Origin: the human T2T-CHM13v2.0 reference genome, Homo sapiens
NCBI RefSeq assembly: GCF_009914755.1
Contig: NC_060940.1
Length of the DNA stretch: 64,000 nucleotides
Strand: one strand, 5' to 3'
Within the stretch, counting starts at the first letter, position 1, and the number at the start of each line of letters is the position of its first letter. Of the stretch, positions 1 to 14,000 are shown piece after piece. A program made the position numbers and the translations under genes. Under the pieces are notes generated by a model. That model was not told the origin of the DNA, searched no databases, and saw only the letters and a list, made by a program, of their open reading frames with translations.

Positions 1-3000
1 GATTCCTTTCGATTGCATTCGATTATGATTCATTTCGTGTTCATTCTATGGTTCCACAGGTTTCCATTCGATGATGTTTCCATTCGTGTCCATTCCATTA
101 TTCCATTCTATTCCATTTGAAGATGATTCCATTCGATTCCATTCATTGGTGATTCCACTCAATTCCATTCAATGATTCCATTCCATTTCTTTCAACAATG
201 ATTCCATTAGTTTCTATTCGATGATCCACTTGATTCCATTTGACGATGATTCCATTCGTGTCCATTCGATGATTCCATTTGATTCCATATGATGATGATT
301 CCATTCGATTCCATACGATGATGATTCCATTCGAGTCCATTCAATGGTGATTCCATTCAATTCCATTCGATGATTCCTTTCGATTCCATTCAATGATGAT
401 GGCATTCGATTCCTTTCGATCATTCCCTTTGATTCCATTCAAAGGTGAATTCATTCAAGTCCATTCGATAATTGCATTCGATTTCATTCTATGATGATTC
501 CATTCGAGTCCATTTGATGATTCCATTCAATTCAAGTCAATGATGATTCCATTCGATTCCACTCGATGATTCCATTGGATTCCATTCGATGATGATTCCA
601 TTCAAATCCATTCGATAATTCAATTCAAGTCCATTCGATGATGATTCCAATCGAATCCATTCAAAGATTCCACTCAATTCCATTCGATGATGATTCCCTT
701 AGATTCCATTCGATGATTCCACTTGATTCCATTTACGATGATTCCATTCGATTCCATGTGATGATTCCATTCAATTCTATTCAATGATGTTTCCACTTGA
801 TTCCATTCGAACATGATTGCCTTTGATTCCATTCAATGATTCCATACGGTTCCATTTGATGTTGATTCCATTCGAGTGCATTAGATGATTCCATTCGAGT
901 CCATTCGATGATTCCATTCGATTCCATTCGATGTTGATTCTGTTCAAATCCATTCGATGATTCCACTTGATTCCATTCGATGACTCCATTTGATCCCATT
1001 CGATGATTTCCTTTGATTCCCTTTGATGATCATTCCATTTGATTCAATTCGGTGATTTCATTTGATTCCATTCAGTGATGTTTCCATTCAACTCCTTTCG
1101 ATGATGATTCCATTCGACTCCATTCGATTATGATTTCATTCAATTCCATTCGATAATGATTCCCTTCAAGTCCATTCGATGATTCCATTCGATTCCATTC
1201 AACGATGATTTGATTCGTGTCCATTCGATGATTCCATTTGATTCCATTTGATGATGATTCCATTCGAGTCCATTTGATGATTCCATTCAATTCCATTCTC
1301 CGATGATTTCTTTTGAGCCCATTCAATGCTTCCACTCGATTCCATATGATGATGACTCCATTTGATGAAATTCCATGATGATTCCATTCGCTTGCATTCG
1401 ATGATGATTCCACTTGAGTCCGTTAGAAGATTCTATTCAATTACATTCCATGACGATTCTGTTCGAGTCCATTTGATGATTCCATTAGACTCCATTTGAC
1501 GATGATTCCATTCGATGTTATTCGATGATGCTTCCATTCAACTCCATTCGATGTTTCCATTCGAGTTCATTCTATTATTCCATTAGATTCCATTCGATGA
1601 TGATTCCATTCGATTCCATTCAATGATTCCATTCAATTCCATACGATGATTCCATTTGATTTGATTCGACAGTGAGCCATTCGATTCAATTCCATGATGA
1701 TTCTATTTGATTCAATTGGTTGACATTTCCATTCGATTCCATTCGATGATGATTCCATTTGATTCCATTCAAAGATGTTTCCATTCTAGCCCATTCAATC
1801 ATTCCATTCGATTCTATTCAATGATGATTCCATTCATGTCGATTTGGTGATTCCATTTGACTTCATTTGATGATGATTCCTTTCAAGTTCATTAGATGAT
1901 TCCATTCGATTCCATTTGATGATGATCCCATTCGAGTCCATTCAGTGATTCCACTCGTTTCCATTCCATGATGATTCCATTCCATTCCATTCAATGATTC
2001 CATTCGATTCCGTTTGATGATGATTTCATTCGAGTCCATTTGATGATTCCATTTGATTCCATTCGATGATGATTACATTCGAGTCCATACGATGATTCCA
2101 CTCAATTCCATATGATGATGATTCCATTCGATTCCATTCGATGATTCCATTCTATTCTATTCAATGGTGATTCCATTTGAGTACATTAGATGATTCCATT
2201 CGATTCCATTCAATGATGATTCTATTTGTGTCCCTTAGATGGTTCCACATGATTCCATTTCATGATGATACTATTTGAGCCCATCCAATGATTCCCTTCG
2301 TATCCATTCGATGAGGATTCCATTCGATTCAATTCATTGGTGATTCTATTCAATTCAATTCTTTGATTCCATTCCATTCCATTCGACAATGATTCCATTC
2401 GATTTCTTTCGATGATTCCACTCGATTCCACTTGACATTGATTCCATTCGATTCCATTCAATGATTCCGTTTGATTCCAGTGGATGATGATTGCCATCGA
2501 TTCCATTCGATCACTCCATTCTATTCCATTTGATGATGATTACATTCGATTCCATTTGATGATTCCATCTGATTCTATTCGAGGATTCCATTTGATTCCA
2601 TTCGATGATGATTCCATTCGAGTGCATTCGATGATTTCATTCGAGTACATCCAATGATTCCATTCGAGTCCATTTGATGATTCCATTTAATTCCATTTGA
2701 TTATGATTCTACTAGAGTCCATTCAATGACTCCATTCGAATCCATTCAACAATTCCATTCGAGGCCATTCGATGATTCCATTTCATGATTCCATTCGAGT
2801 CTATTTAATCATTACAGTCGAGTCCATTTGGTGATTCCACTGGATTTCTTTTGATAATGATACCATTCAATTACATTTGATGATGATCCCATTCAATTTC
2901 ATTTGATGGTGATTCCATTAGAGTCCATTCGATGATTTCATTCGAGTCCCTTCATTTATTCCATCCGATTTCATTGGATGATGACTCCATTCGAGTCCAT

Positions 3001-5095
3001 TCGATGATTCCACTCGATTCCATTAGATGATTCCATTGGAGTCCATTTGATTGTTCCATTCGATTCTATTCGATTCCTTTCGAAGATTATTCCGTTTGAG
3101 TCCATTCGATGATGATTCCATTCCATTCCATTCGATGATTCCGTTTGATTCCATTCGATGATTCCCTTCGATTCCTTTCTTTGATGATTCCATTCCATTC
3201 CATTCAATGATTCCATTCGAATCTATTCCATGATGATTCCTTTCGATTCCATTCGCTGATGTTTCCGTTCAATTCCATTCGATGATGATTCCATTCGATT
3301 CCATTCATTGAGGATTCCATTTGATTCCATTCAATGATGATTCCATTCTATTCCATTCAATGATTGCATTCAATTCCATTCAATGATTATCCCCTTAGAG
3401 TAAACTCAACGATTCCATTCAATACCATTCGATGATGATTCCTTTTGAGTCCATTCAATGATTTCATTCAAGTCCATTTGATGATTCCTTTCAATTCCAT
3501 TCTATGATGATTCCATTCGAGTCCATTCGATGATTCCATTCGATTGCATTCGATGATTCCATTATATTCCATTCAACGATGATTCCATTCGAGTCCATTC
3601 GATGATTCCATTAGAGTACATTTAATGATTGCTTTGTTTTCAATTCGAAGATGATTACATTGGATTCCATTCTATGATACCATTCGATTCCATTCAATGA
3701 TGATTCCACTCAAATCCATTGGATGATTCCATTCGTGTCCATTCGGTGATTTCATTAGATTCCATTCGAGGATGATTCCATTCGATTCCATTCGATGATT
3801 CCATTCAATTCCATTCGATGATGATTCCATTCCAGTCCATATGATCATTCCATTTGATTTCATTCGATGATGATTCCATTCGATTCCATTCGATGATTCC
3901 ATTCTATTCCATTCGATGATGATTCCATTCGAGTCCATTCGATGATTCCATTCGAGTCCATTTAATGATTCCATTGGGTTCAATTCAATGATGATTACAT
4001 TGGATTCCGTTCTATGATTCCATTCAATTCCGTTCATTGACAATTTGATTCCATTCGATGATGATTCCATTTGAGTTCATTCGATGATTCTATTCGATTC
4101 TCTTCGATGGTGATTCAATTCTATTATATTGGATGATTCCATTCGATTCCATTTGATGTTGATTCAATTCGATTCTATTCGATGATGATTCCATTGGATT
4201 TCACTTGATGATTCTATTCGATTCCATTCAATGATGATTCACTTCTCGTCCATTGGATGATTCCATTTCATTCCATTCGATGATGATTCCATTCGATTCC
4301 ATTCGATGATTCCATTTGATTCCATGCGTCGGTGAGCAATTCGATTCAATTCCATGATGATTCTATTTGATTCAATTAGATGATGTTTCCATTCGAATCC
4401 ATTCCATGATTATTCCATTGGAATCCATTCGGCGATGATTCCATATGAGTCAATTCAATGATGATTCCATATGGGTCCGTTCGATGATAATTCCATTTGA
4501 TTTCATTCGGTGCTTCTATTCAATTCCAGTCGATGATGATTCCGTTGGAGTCCATACGATGATTCCACTTGATTTCATTTGATGATGATTCCATTCGATG
4601 ATGATTACATTGGATTCCATTCTATGATTCCATTCAATTCCATTCGTTGATGATTCGATTCCATTCAATGATGATTCCATTTGAGTTCATTCGATGATTC
4701 TATTCGATTCCGTTCGATGGTGATTCAATTCTCTTATATTGGATGAATCCACTCGATTCCATTTGATGATTATTCCATTGGAGTCCACTTAGTGAATCCT
4801 TCAGATTCTACTCGAAGATGATTCCATTCAAGTCCATTCGATGATACCATTCAATTCCATTCGTTGATGCTTCCATTCAAGTGCATTCGATGATATCATT
4901 CGATTCCATTTGATGATAATTCCATTTGATTCCATGCGATGATTCTATTCGATTCCATTCAATGATAATTCCATTCAATTCAGTGATTCCTCTGGACTCC
5001 ATTTGATGATGATTCCATTCAATGATTCCATTCGATTCTATTCGAAAATGATTCCATTTGAATCCATTTGATGATGATTCCATTCGATTCCATTT
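1..5095 (+). repeat. Partial, diverged ~6.1-kb-type HSat2 unit with internal deletions (~72, 23, ~176, 170 bp), truncated at ~5,095
   Basis: Same landmark order as the units at 52-64 kb: GGTTCCACAGG ~51, AGTGAGCC 1671, GCTTTGTTTT 3631, AGTGAATCC 4791. Offsets to the other units jump at the deletion points. Confidence 0.85.
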
Positions 5096-8000
5096 GACGA
5101 TGATTTGATTCGTGTCCATTCGATGATTCCATTTGATTCCACTTGATGAGGATTCCATTCGAGTCCGTTTGATGATTCCATTCAATTCCATTCTCCGATG
5201 ATTTCTTTTGAGCCCATTCAATGCTTCCACTCGATTACATATGATGATGACTCCATTCGATGAAACTCGATGATGATTCCATTCGCTTGCATTCGATGAT
5301 GATTCTACTTGAGTCCGTTAGAAGATTCTATTCAATTACATTCCATGACGATTCCGTTCGAGTCCATTTGATGATTCCATTACACTCCATTCGACAATGA
5401 TTCCATTCAATGTTATTCGATGATTCCATTCGATCTCATTCGATGATGATTCCATTCAACTCCATTCGATGTTTCCATTCGAGTTCATTCTATTATTCCA
5501 TTAGATTCCATTCGATGATGATTCCATTCGATGCCATTCAATGATTCCATTTGATTCCACTCAATGATGATTGCATTCGTGTCCATTCGATGATTCCATT
5601 TGGTTCCATTTGATGATGATTCCATTCGAGTCCATTCGATGATACCATTCAATTCCATTCGATGATCATTCCATTCGAATCCATTTGATGATTCCACTCA
5701 ATTCCATTTGATGACTCCTTTCATTCCCATTCGATGATTCCCTTCAGTTCCAATTGGATGATCTTTCCATTTGATTCAATATGGTGACTCTATTCTATTA
5801 TATTCAATGATGATTCCATTCGACTCCATTAGATGATGACTCCATTCCATTCCATTCGATTGTGATTTCATTCGATTCCATTCGAAGATGATTCCATTCG
5901 AGTCCATTTGATGATTCCATTCGATTCCATTCAATGATGATTCCACTCAAATCCATTGGATGATTCCATTCGTTTCCAATTGGTGATTTCATTAGATTCC
6001 ATTCGAGGATGATTCTATTCGAGTCCATTCAATGATTCCATTGGATTCCGTTTGATAATGATTCCATTAGAGTTCATTCGATGATTCCCTTCGAGTCCAT
6101 TCGATTATTTCTTTTGATTCCATTTGATGATGATTCCATTCGATTCCATTCAATGATTCCATTCCATTCCATTCGATGATGATTCCATTCGATAATGATT
6201 ACATTCGAGCCCATGTGATGATTCCATTAGATTCTATTCAATGATGATTCCATTCGACCACATTCGATGATGGCATTCGAGTCCATTCGATGATTTTACT
6301 CGATTCCACTTGATGATGATTCCTTTTGAGTCCATTTGATGATTACATTCGAGTCCATGAGATGACTCCATTCGATTCCATTTCATGATGATGCAATTCG
6401 AGGCTATTCGATCATCCCATTTTAGTGCATTCGGTGATTCTCTTTTATTACATTCGATGAGGGCTCCATTCGAGTCCATTCAATGATTCCATTAGATTCC
6501 ACTCGATGATGATTCCATTTGAGTCCATTCAAAGATTCCTTTCGAGTCCATTCGATAATTCTATTGGATTCCACTAGGTGATGATTCCTTTCGAGTCAAT
6601 TCGATGATTCCTTTCAAGTGCCTTCAATGATTCCATTCGATTCCATTCGATGACGATTCATTTCAAGTCCATTCAATGGTTCCATTCTGTTGAATTTGAT
6701 GGTTCCATTTGATTCCATTCGATGATGATTCCATTCGTGTCCATTGGATGATTCCATTCGATTCCTTTCGAGGAAGATTCCATTCGACTCCATTCGATGA
6801 TTCCGTTCGATTCCATTCCATGATGATTCCATTTGATTCCATTCCATGATTCCATTCGATACCATTCGATGATGATTCCATTCGACTCCATTTGATGAAT
6901 CCATTCAATGCTTCCATTCGAGTCCATTCGATGATTCCATTCGATTCCATTCCATGAAGATTCCATTCGAGTACATTTGATGATTCCATTTAATTCCATA
7001 GGATGATGATTCTATTAGGGTCCGTTGACTATTCCATTCAATTCCATTCGAAGATTCCATTCGAGTCCACTCGATGATTCTATTTGATTCCATTTGATAA
7101 TTCCATTCGATTCCATTTGATGTTGATTCCATTCGAGTCCATTCGATCATTATTACATTTGATTCTATTCGATGATTCCATTCGATTCCATTTGATGAGG
7201 ATTCCATTCGAGACCATTTGATGATTCCATTCAATTCCATTGGATGATTCCAATATTTTCCATTAGATGCTGATTCCATTCGATTCCATTCAATGATGAT
7301 TCCATCAGAATCCATTCGATGATGACTCCTTTTGCTTCCATTCAATGATCATTACATTCGGTTCCATTCGATGATGATTCCTTTGGATTCCATTCGATGA
7401 TGCTTCCATTCGATTCCATTTGATGATGATTCTTTTCGATTCCATTTGATGATGATTCCATTTGATTCCATTCGATGGTGATTCCATTTGATGATTCCAT
7501 TCGATTGTATTCGATGATGATTCCACTCGATTCTATTTGATGATGACTGCATTCGATTCCATTTGATGATTCCATTTGATTCCATTCGATGATGATTCTG
7601 ATCAATTGCATTCGATGATCCATTCGATTCCATTTGATGGTTCCATTTGATTCCATTTGATAATGATTCCTTTCGAGTCCATTCGATGATTCCATTTGCG
7701 GATATTCGATAATTCCATTTGAGTCCAACCGATGATTCCATTCGAGGCCATTCAATCATTCTTTTTGAGTCCTTTCGATAAAGATTCCATTTTAGTCCAT
7801 TCAATAATTCCACTGGAGTCCATTCGATGATTGCTTTTAATTCCATTCGATGATATTCCATTCGAGTCCATTCGATGATTCCATTCGTTGCTATTAGATG
7901 ATGATTCCATTCATGACCATTTGGTGATTCCATTCGATTTCATTCGTTGATGATTCCATTCGAGTCCATTCCATGATTCCATTCAAGTCCATTTGATGAT

Positions 8001-11000
8001 TTCTTTGAATTCAATTCGATGATGATTCCATTCGAGTCCATTCGATGATTCCATTCAGTTCCATTCGATGATGATTCCTTTCGAGACCATATGATGATTC
8101 CATTTGATTTCATTCGATGATGATTCCATTCGATTCCATTCGATGATTCCATTCTATTCCATTCGATGATGATTCCATTCGAGTCCATTTAATGATTCCA
8201 TTGGGTTCAATTCAATGATGATTACATTGGATTCTCTTCTATGATACCATTCAATTCCGTTCATTGACAATTTGATTCCATTCGATGATGATTCCATTTG
8301 AGTTCATTCGATGATTCTATTCGATTCTCTTCGATGGTGATTCAATTCTATTATATTGGATGATTCCATTCGATTCCATTTGATGTTGATTCAATTCGAT
8401 TCTATTCGATGATGATTCCATTGGATTTCATTTGATGATTCTATTCGATTCCATTCAATGATGATTCACTTCTCGTCCATTGGATGATTCCATTTCATTC
8501 CATTCGATGATGATTCCATTCGATTCCATTCGATGATTCCATTTGATTCCATTCGACGGTGAGCAATTCGATTCAATTCCATGATGATTCTATTTGATTC
8601 AGTTAGATGATGTTTCCATTCGAATCCATTCCATGATTATTCCATTGGAATCCATTCGGCGATGATTCCATATGAGTCAATTCAATGATGCTTCCATATG
8701 GGTCAGTTCGATGATAATTACATTTGATTTCATTCGATGCTTCTATTCAATTCCAGTCGATGATGATTCCGTTGGAGTCCATACGATGACTCCATTTGAT
8801 TTCATTTGATGATGATTCCATTCGATTCCATTCGATGACTCCATTCTGTTCCATTCGATGATGATTCCATTCGAGTCCATTCGATGATTCCATTCGAGTC
8901 CATTTCATGATTCCATTGGGTTCAATTCGATGATGATTACACTGGATTCCATTCTATGATTCCATTCAATTCCATTCGTTGATGATTCGATTCCATTCAA
9001 TGATGATTCCATTTGAGTTCATTCGATGATTCTATTCGATTCCGTTCGATGGTGATTCAATTCTATTATATTGGATGATTCCATTCGATTCCATTTGATG
9101 ATGATTCCATTCGATTCCATTCGATGATGATTCCATTTGATTCCATTTGATGTTGATTCTATTCGATTCTATTCAATGATGATTCCATTCGATTTCATTT
9201 GATGATTCTATTCGATTCCTTTCGATGATTCTATTCCATTCCATTCGATGATGATTCAATTCTCTTCCATTGGATGATTCCATTTTATTCCATTCGACGA
9301 TGACTCCATTTGATTCCATTCAATGATGATTCCATTCGATTCCATTCGGTGATTCCATTTGATTCCATTCGACGGTGAGCAATTTGATTCAATTCCATAA
9401 TGATTCTATTTGATTCAATTAGATGATGTTTCCATTCGAATCCATTCGGTGATGATTCCATTGGTATCCATTCGACGATGATTCCATATGAGTCAATTCG
9501 ATGATGATTCCATACGAGTCCGTTGGATGATAATTCCATTTGATTTCATTCAATCCTTCTATTCGATTCCATTTGATGATGATTCCATCTGAATCCATTC
9601 TCCGATTCCATTCGATTTCATTCGATGCTTCTATTTGATTTCATTCGAAGATGATTCCTTTCAATTCCGTTCATTAATTCCATTTGATTCCATTCGATGA
9701 TGATTCCATCCGATTCCATTGGATGATGATTCCATTCGAGTCCATTCGATGATTCCGTTCTAATCCATTCTATGATTCCATTCGAGTCCATTCGATGATT
9801 CCATTCGATTCCATTCAGTGATGATTCCATTTGATTCCATCTGATGATGATTTCATTTGATTCCATTCGATGATGATTCCATTGGAGTCCATTGAATGAT
9901 TCAATTCAATTCCATTCCATGTGGATTCCATTCGAATTCATTCGATTATTCCCTTCAAATCCCTTCGTTGATTCCATCTGATTCCACTTGACGATGATTC
10001 CATTCAAGTCCAATCGATGATTCCATTCGGTTCCATTCAATGATTCCATTCGAGTCCATTTATGTATTATATTCGTGTCCACTTGATGACTCACTCCATT
10101 CAATTCCATTTAATGATGATTCCATTTGATTCCATTTGATGATTCAGTTCGATTCCTTACAATGATTCCCTACGATTCCTTTCTATGATGATTCCATTCG
10201 ATTCCATTCATTGATGATTCCATTCGACTCCATTCAATGATGATTCCTTTCGATTCCATTTGACGATGTTTCCATTTGAGTCCATTCGATGATGATTCCA
10301 TTGGTATCCATTCGACGATGATTCCATATGAGTCAATTCGATGATGATTCCATACGAGTCCGTTGGATGATAATTCCATTTGATTTCATTCAATCCTTCT
10401 ATTCGATTCCATTTGATGATGATTCCATCTGAATCCATTCTCCGATTCCATTCGATTTCATTCGATGCTTCTATTTGATTTCATTCGAAGATGATTCCTT
10501 TCAATTCCATTCATTAATTCCATTTGATTCCATTCGATGATGATTCCATCCGATTCCATTGGATGATGATTCCACTCGAGTCCATTCGATGATTCCGTTC
10601 TAATCCATTCTAAGATTCCATTCGAGTCCATTCGATGATTCCATTCGATTCCATTCAGTGATGATTCCATTTGATTCCATCGGATGATGATTTCATTTGA
10701 TTCCATTCGATGATGATTCCATTGGAGTCCATTGAATGATTCAATTCAATTCCATTCCATGTGGATTCCATTCGAATTCATTCGATTATTCCATTCAAAT
10801 CCCTTCGTTGATTCCATCTGATTCCACTTGACGATGATTCCATTCAAGTCCAATCGATGATTCCATTCGGTTCCATTCAATGATTCCATTCGAGTCCATT
10901 TATGTATTATATTCGTGTCCACTTGATGACTCACTCCATTCAATTCCATTTAATGATGATTCCATTTGATTCCATTTGATGATTCAGTTCGATTCCTTAC

Positions 11001-14000
11001 AATGATTCCCTACGATTCCTTTCTATGATGATTCCATTCGATTCCATTCATTGATGATTCCATTCGACTCCATTCGATGATGATTCCTTTCGATTCCATT
11101 TGACGATGTTTCCATTTGAGTCCATTCGATGATGATTCAATTCAGTTCTGTTCTATTATGAATCCATTCGATTTCATTCAATGCTTCTATTTGATTCCAT
11201 TCGACGATGATTCCATCTCTTTCCCTTCGATGTTTCCATTTGATTCCATTCAGTGATGATTCCATTTGATTCCATCTGATGATGATTTCACTTGATTCAT
11301 TTCAATGATGATTCCATTCAAGTCCATTCGATGATTCCATTGGAGTCCAAACGATCATTCCATTCGATTCCATTCAATGATGATTCCATTCATGTCCATT
11401 CAATGAATCCTTTCAATTCCATTCGATGATGACTCCATTCGAGTACATTCGATGATTGCATTTGATTCCATTTGATGATGATTACATTCAATTCCATTCG
11501 AAGATGATTCCATTCAATTCCACTTGATGATGATTCCGTATGAATCCATTCGCTGATTATTCCATTCGATTCCATTCATTGACGATTCCATTCGATTCCA
11601 TTCAATGATGATTCTCTTCTATTGCATTCGATGATTCCGTTCGATTCCATTCGATGATGATTCCATTAGATTCCATTCGATTGTTGCATTCGATTCCCTT
11701 CGATGATGATTCCTTTGAATTCCATTCGATTATGATTCCGTATGAATCCATTTGATGATTATTCCATTGGATTCCTTTCGATGATGATTCCATTCGATTC
11801 CATTTGATGATGTTTCTCATGTATTCCATTTGATAATTCCTTTCAATTCCCTTCGATGATGATTCTTTCGAGTCAATTCGATGATTCTATTCCATTCCCT
11901 TCGATGACGATTCCATTTCACTCCATTCGATGATTCCATTCGATTCAATTTGGTGATGATTCAATTCGATGACATTCGATGACTCCATTCAATTTCATTT
12001 GATGATGATTACATTCGAGTCCATTTGATGATTGTATTCCTTTCCTTTTGATGATTATTCCATTCGTGTCTATTCAAAGATTCCATTCTATTCCATTCAA
12101 TGATGATTCCAATTGATTCCATTCAATGATTATGGCTATCGATTCCACTCGTTGATTCCATTTGATTCCATTTGATGATTATTCCGTTAGATTCCATTAG
12201 GAGATTCCATTCGATTTTATTCAATGATTTCAATTGATTCCATTCAATGATGATTCCATTCGACTCCATTCAGTGATTCCATTTGAGTCCATTTGATGAT
12301 TCCATTCGAGTCCATTTGATGATTCCATTCTTTTCCATTTGATGATGATTCCATAAGGGTCCATTCAATGATTCCATTCGAGTCCATTCGTTAATGCCTT
12401 TCGAGTCCTTTTGATCACTACATTCGAGTCCATTCAATGATTCTATTCGATTCCATTCCATGATGATTCCATTCGAGTTCATTCGATGATTGAATTCGAG
12501 TCCATTTGATGATTCCATATGATTCCCTTCGACAATGATTCCATTCGAGTCCAATTGATGATTCCATTCAATTCCATTCGATGATGATTCCGTACGATTC
12601 CATTCTGTGATGATTCCATGTGATTGCATTCAATGATGATTCCTTTCGATTGCATTCGATTATGATTCATTTCGTGTTCATTCTATGGTTCCACAGGTTT
12701 CCATTCGTGTCCATTCCATTATTCCATTCTATTCCATTTGATGATGATTCCATTCGATTCCATTCATTGGTGATTCCACTCAATTCCATTCAATGATTCC
12801 ATTCCATTTCTTTCAACAATGATTCCATTAGTTTCTAATCGATGATCCACTTGATTCCATTTGACGGTGATTCCATTCTTGTCCATTCGATGATTCCATT
12901 TGATTCCATATGATGATGATTCCATTCGATTCCATACGATGATGATTCCATTCGAGTCCATTCAATGGTGATTCCATTCAATTCCATTCGGTGATTCCTT
13001 TCGATTCCATTTGATGATGATGGCATTCGATTCCTTTCAATCATTCCCTTTGATTCCACTCAAAGGTGATTTCATTCAAGTCCATTCGATAATTGCATTC
13101 GATTCCATTCTATGATGATTCCATTCGAGTCCATTTGATGATTCCATTCAATTCAAGTCAATGATGATTCCATTCGATTCCATTCGATGATTCCATTGGA
13201 TTCCATTCGATGATGATTCCATTCAAATCCATTCGATAATTCAATTCACGTCCATTCGATGATGATTCCAATCGAATCCATTCAAAGATTCCATTCAATT
13301 CCATTCGATGATTCCCTTAGATTCCATTCGATGATTCCACTTGATTCCATTTACGATGATTCCATTCGATTCCATGTGATGATTCCATTCAATTCTATTC
13401 AATGATGTTTCCATTTGATTCCATTCGACCATGATTGCCTTTGATTCCATTCAATGATTCCATTCGGTTCCGTTTGATGATGATTCCGTTCGATTCCATT
13501 TGATGATTCCATTTGATTCCATTGGATGAGTCCATTCGATTACATTCGATGATTATTCCATTCGAGTGCATTAGATGATTCCATTCGAGTCCATTCGATG
13601 ATTCCATTCGAGTCCATTCGATGATTCCATTCGATTCCATTCGATGTTGATTCTGTTCAAATCCATTCGATGATTCCACTCGATTCCATTCGATGACTCC
13701 ATTTGATCCCATTCGATGATTTCCTTTGATTCCCTTTGATGATCATTCCATTTGATTCAATTCGGTGATTTCATTGGATTCCATTCAGTGATGTTTCCAT
13801 TCGACTCCATTCGATGATGATTCCATTCGACTACATTCGATTATGATTTCATTCAATTCCATTCGATAAAGATTCCCTTCGAGTCCAATCGATGATTCCA
13901 TTCGATTCCATTCAACGATGATTTGATTCGTGTCCATTCGATGATTCCATTTGATTCCACTTGATGAGGATTCCATTCGAGTCCATTTGATGATTCCATT

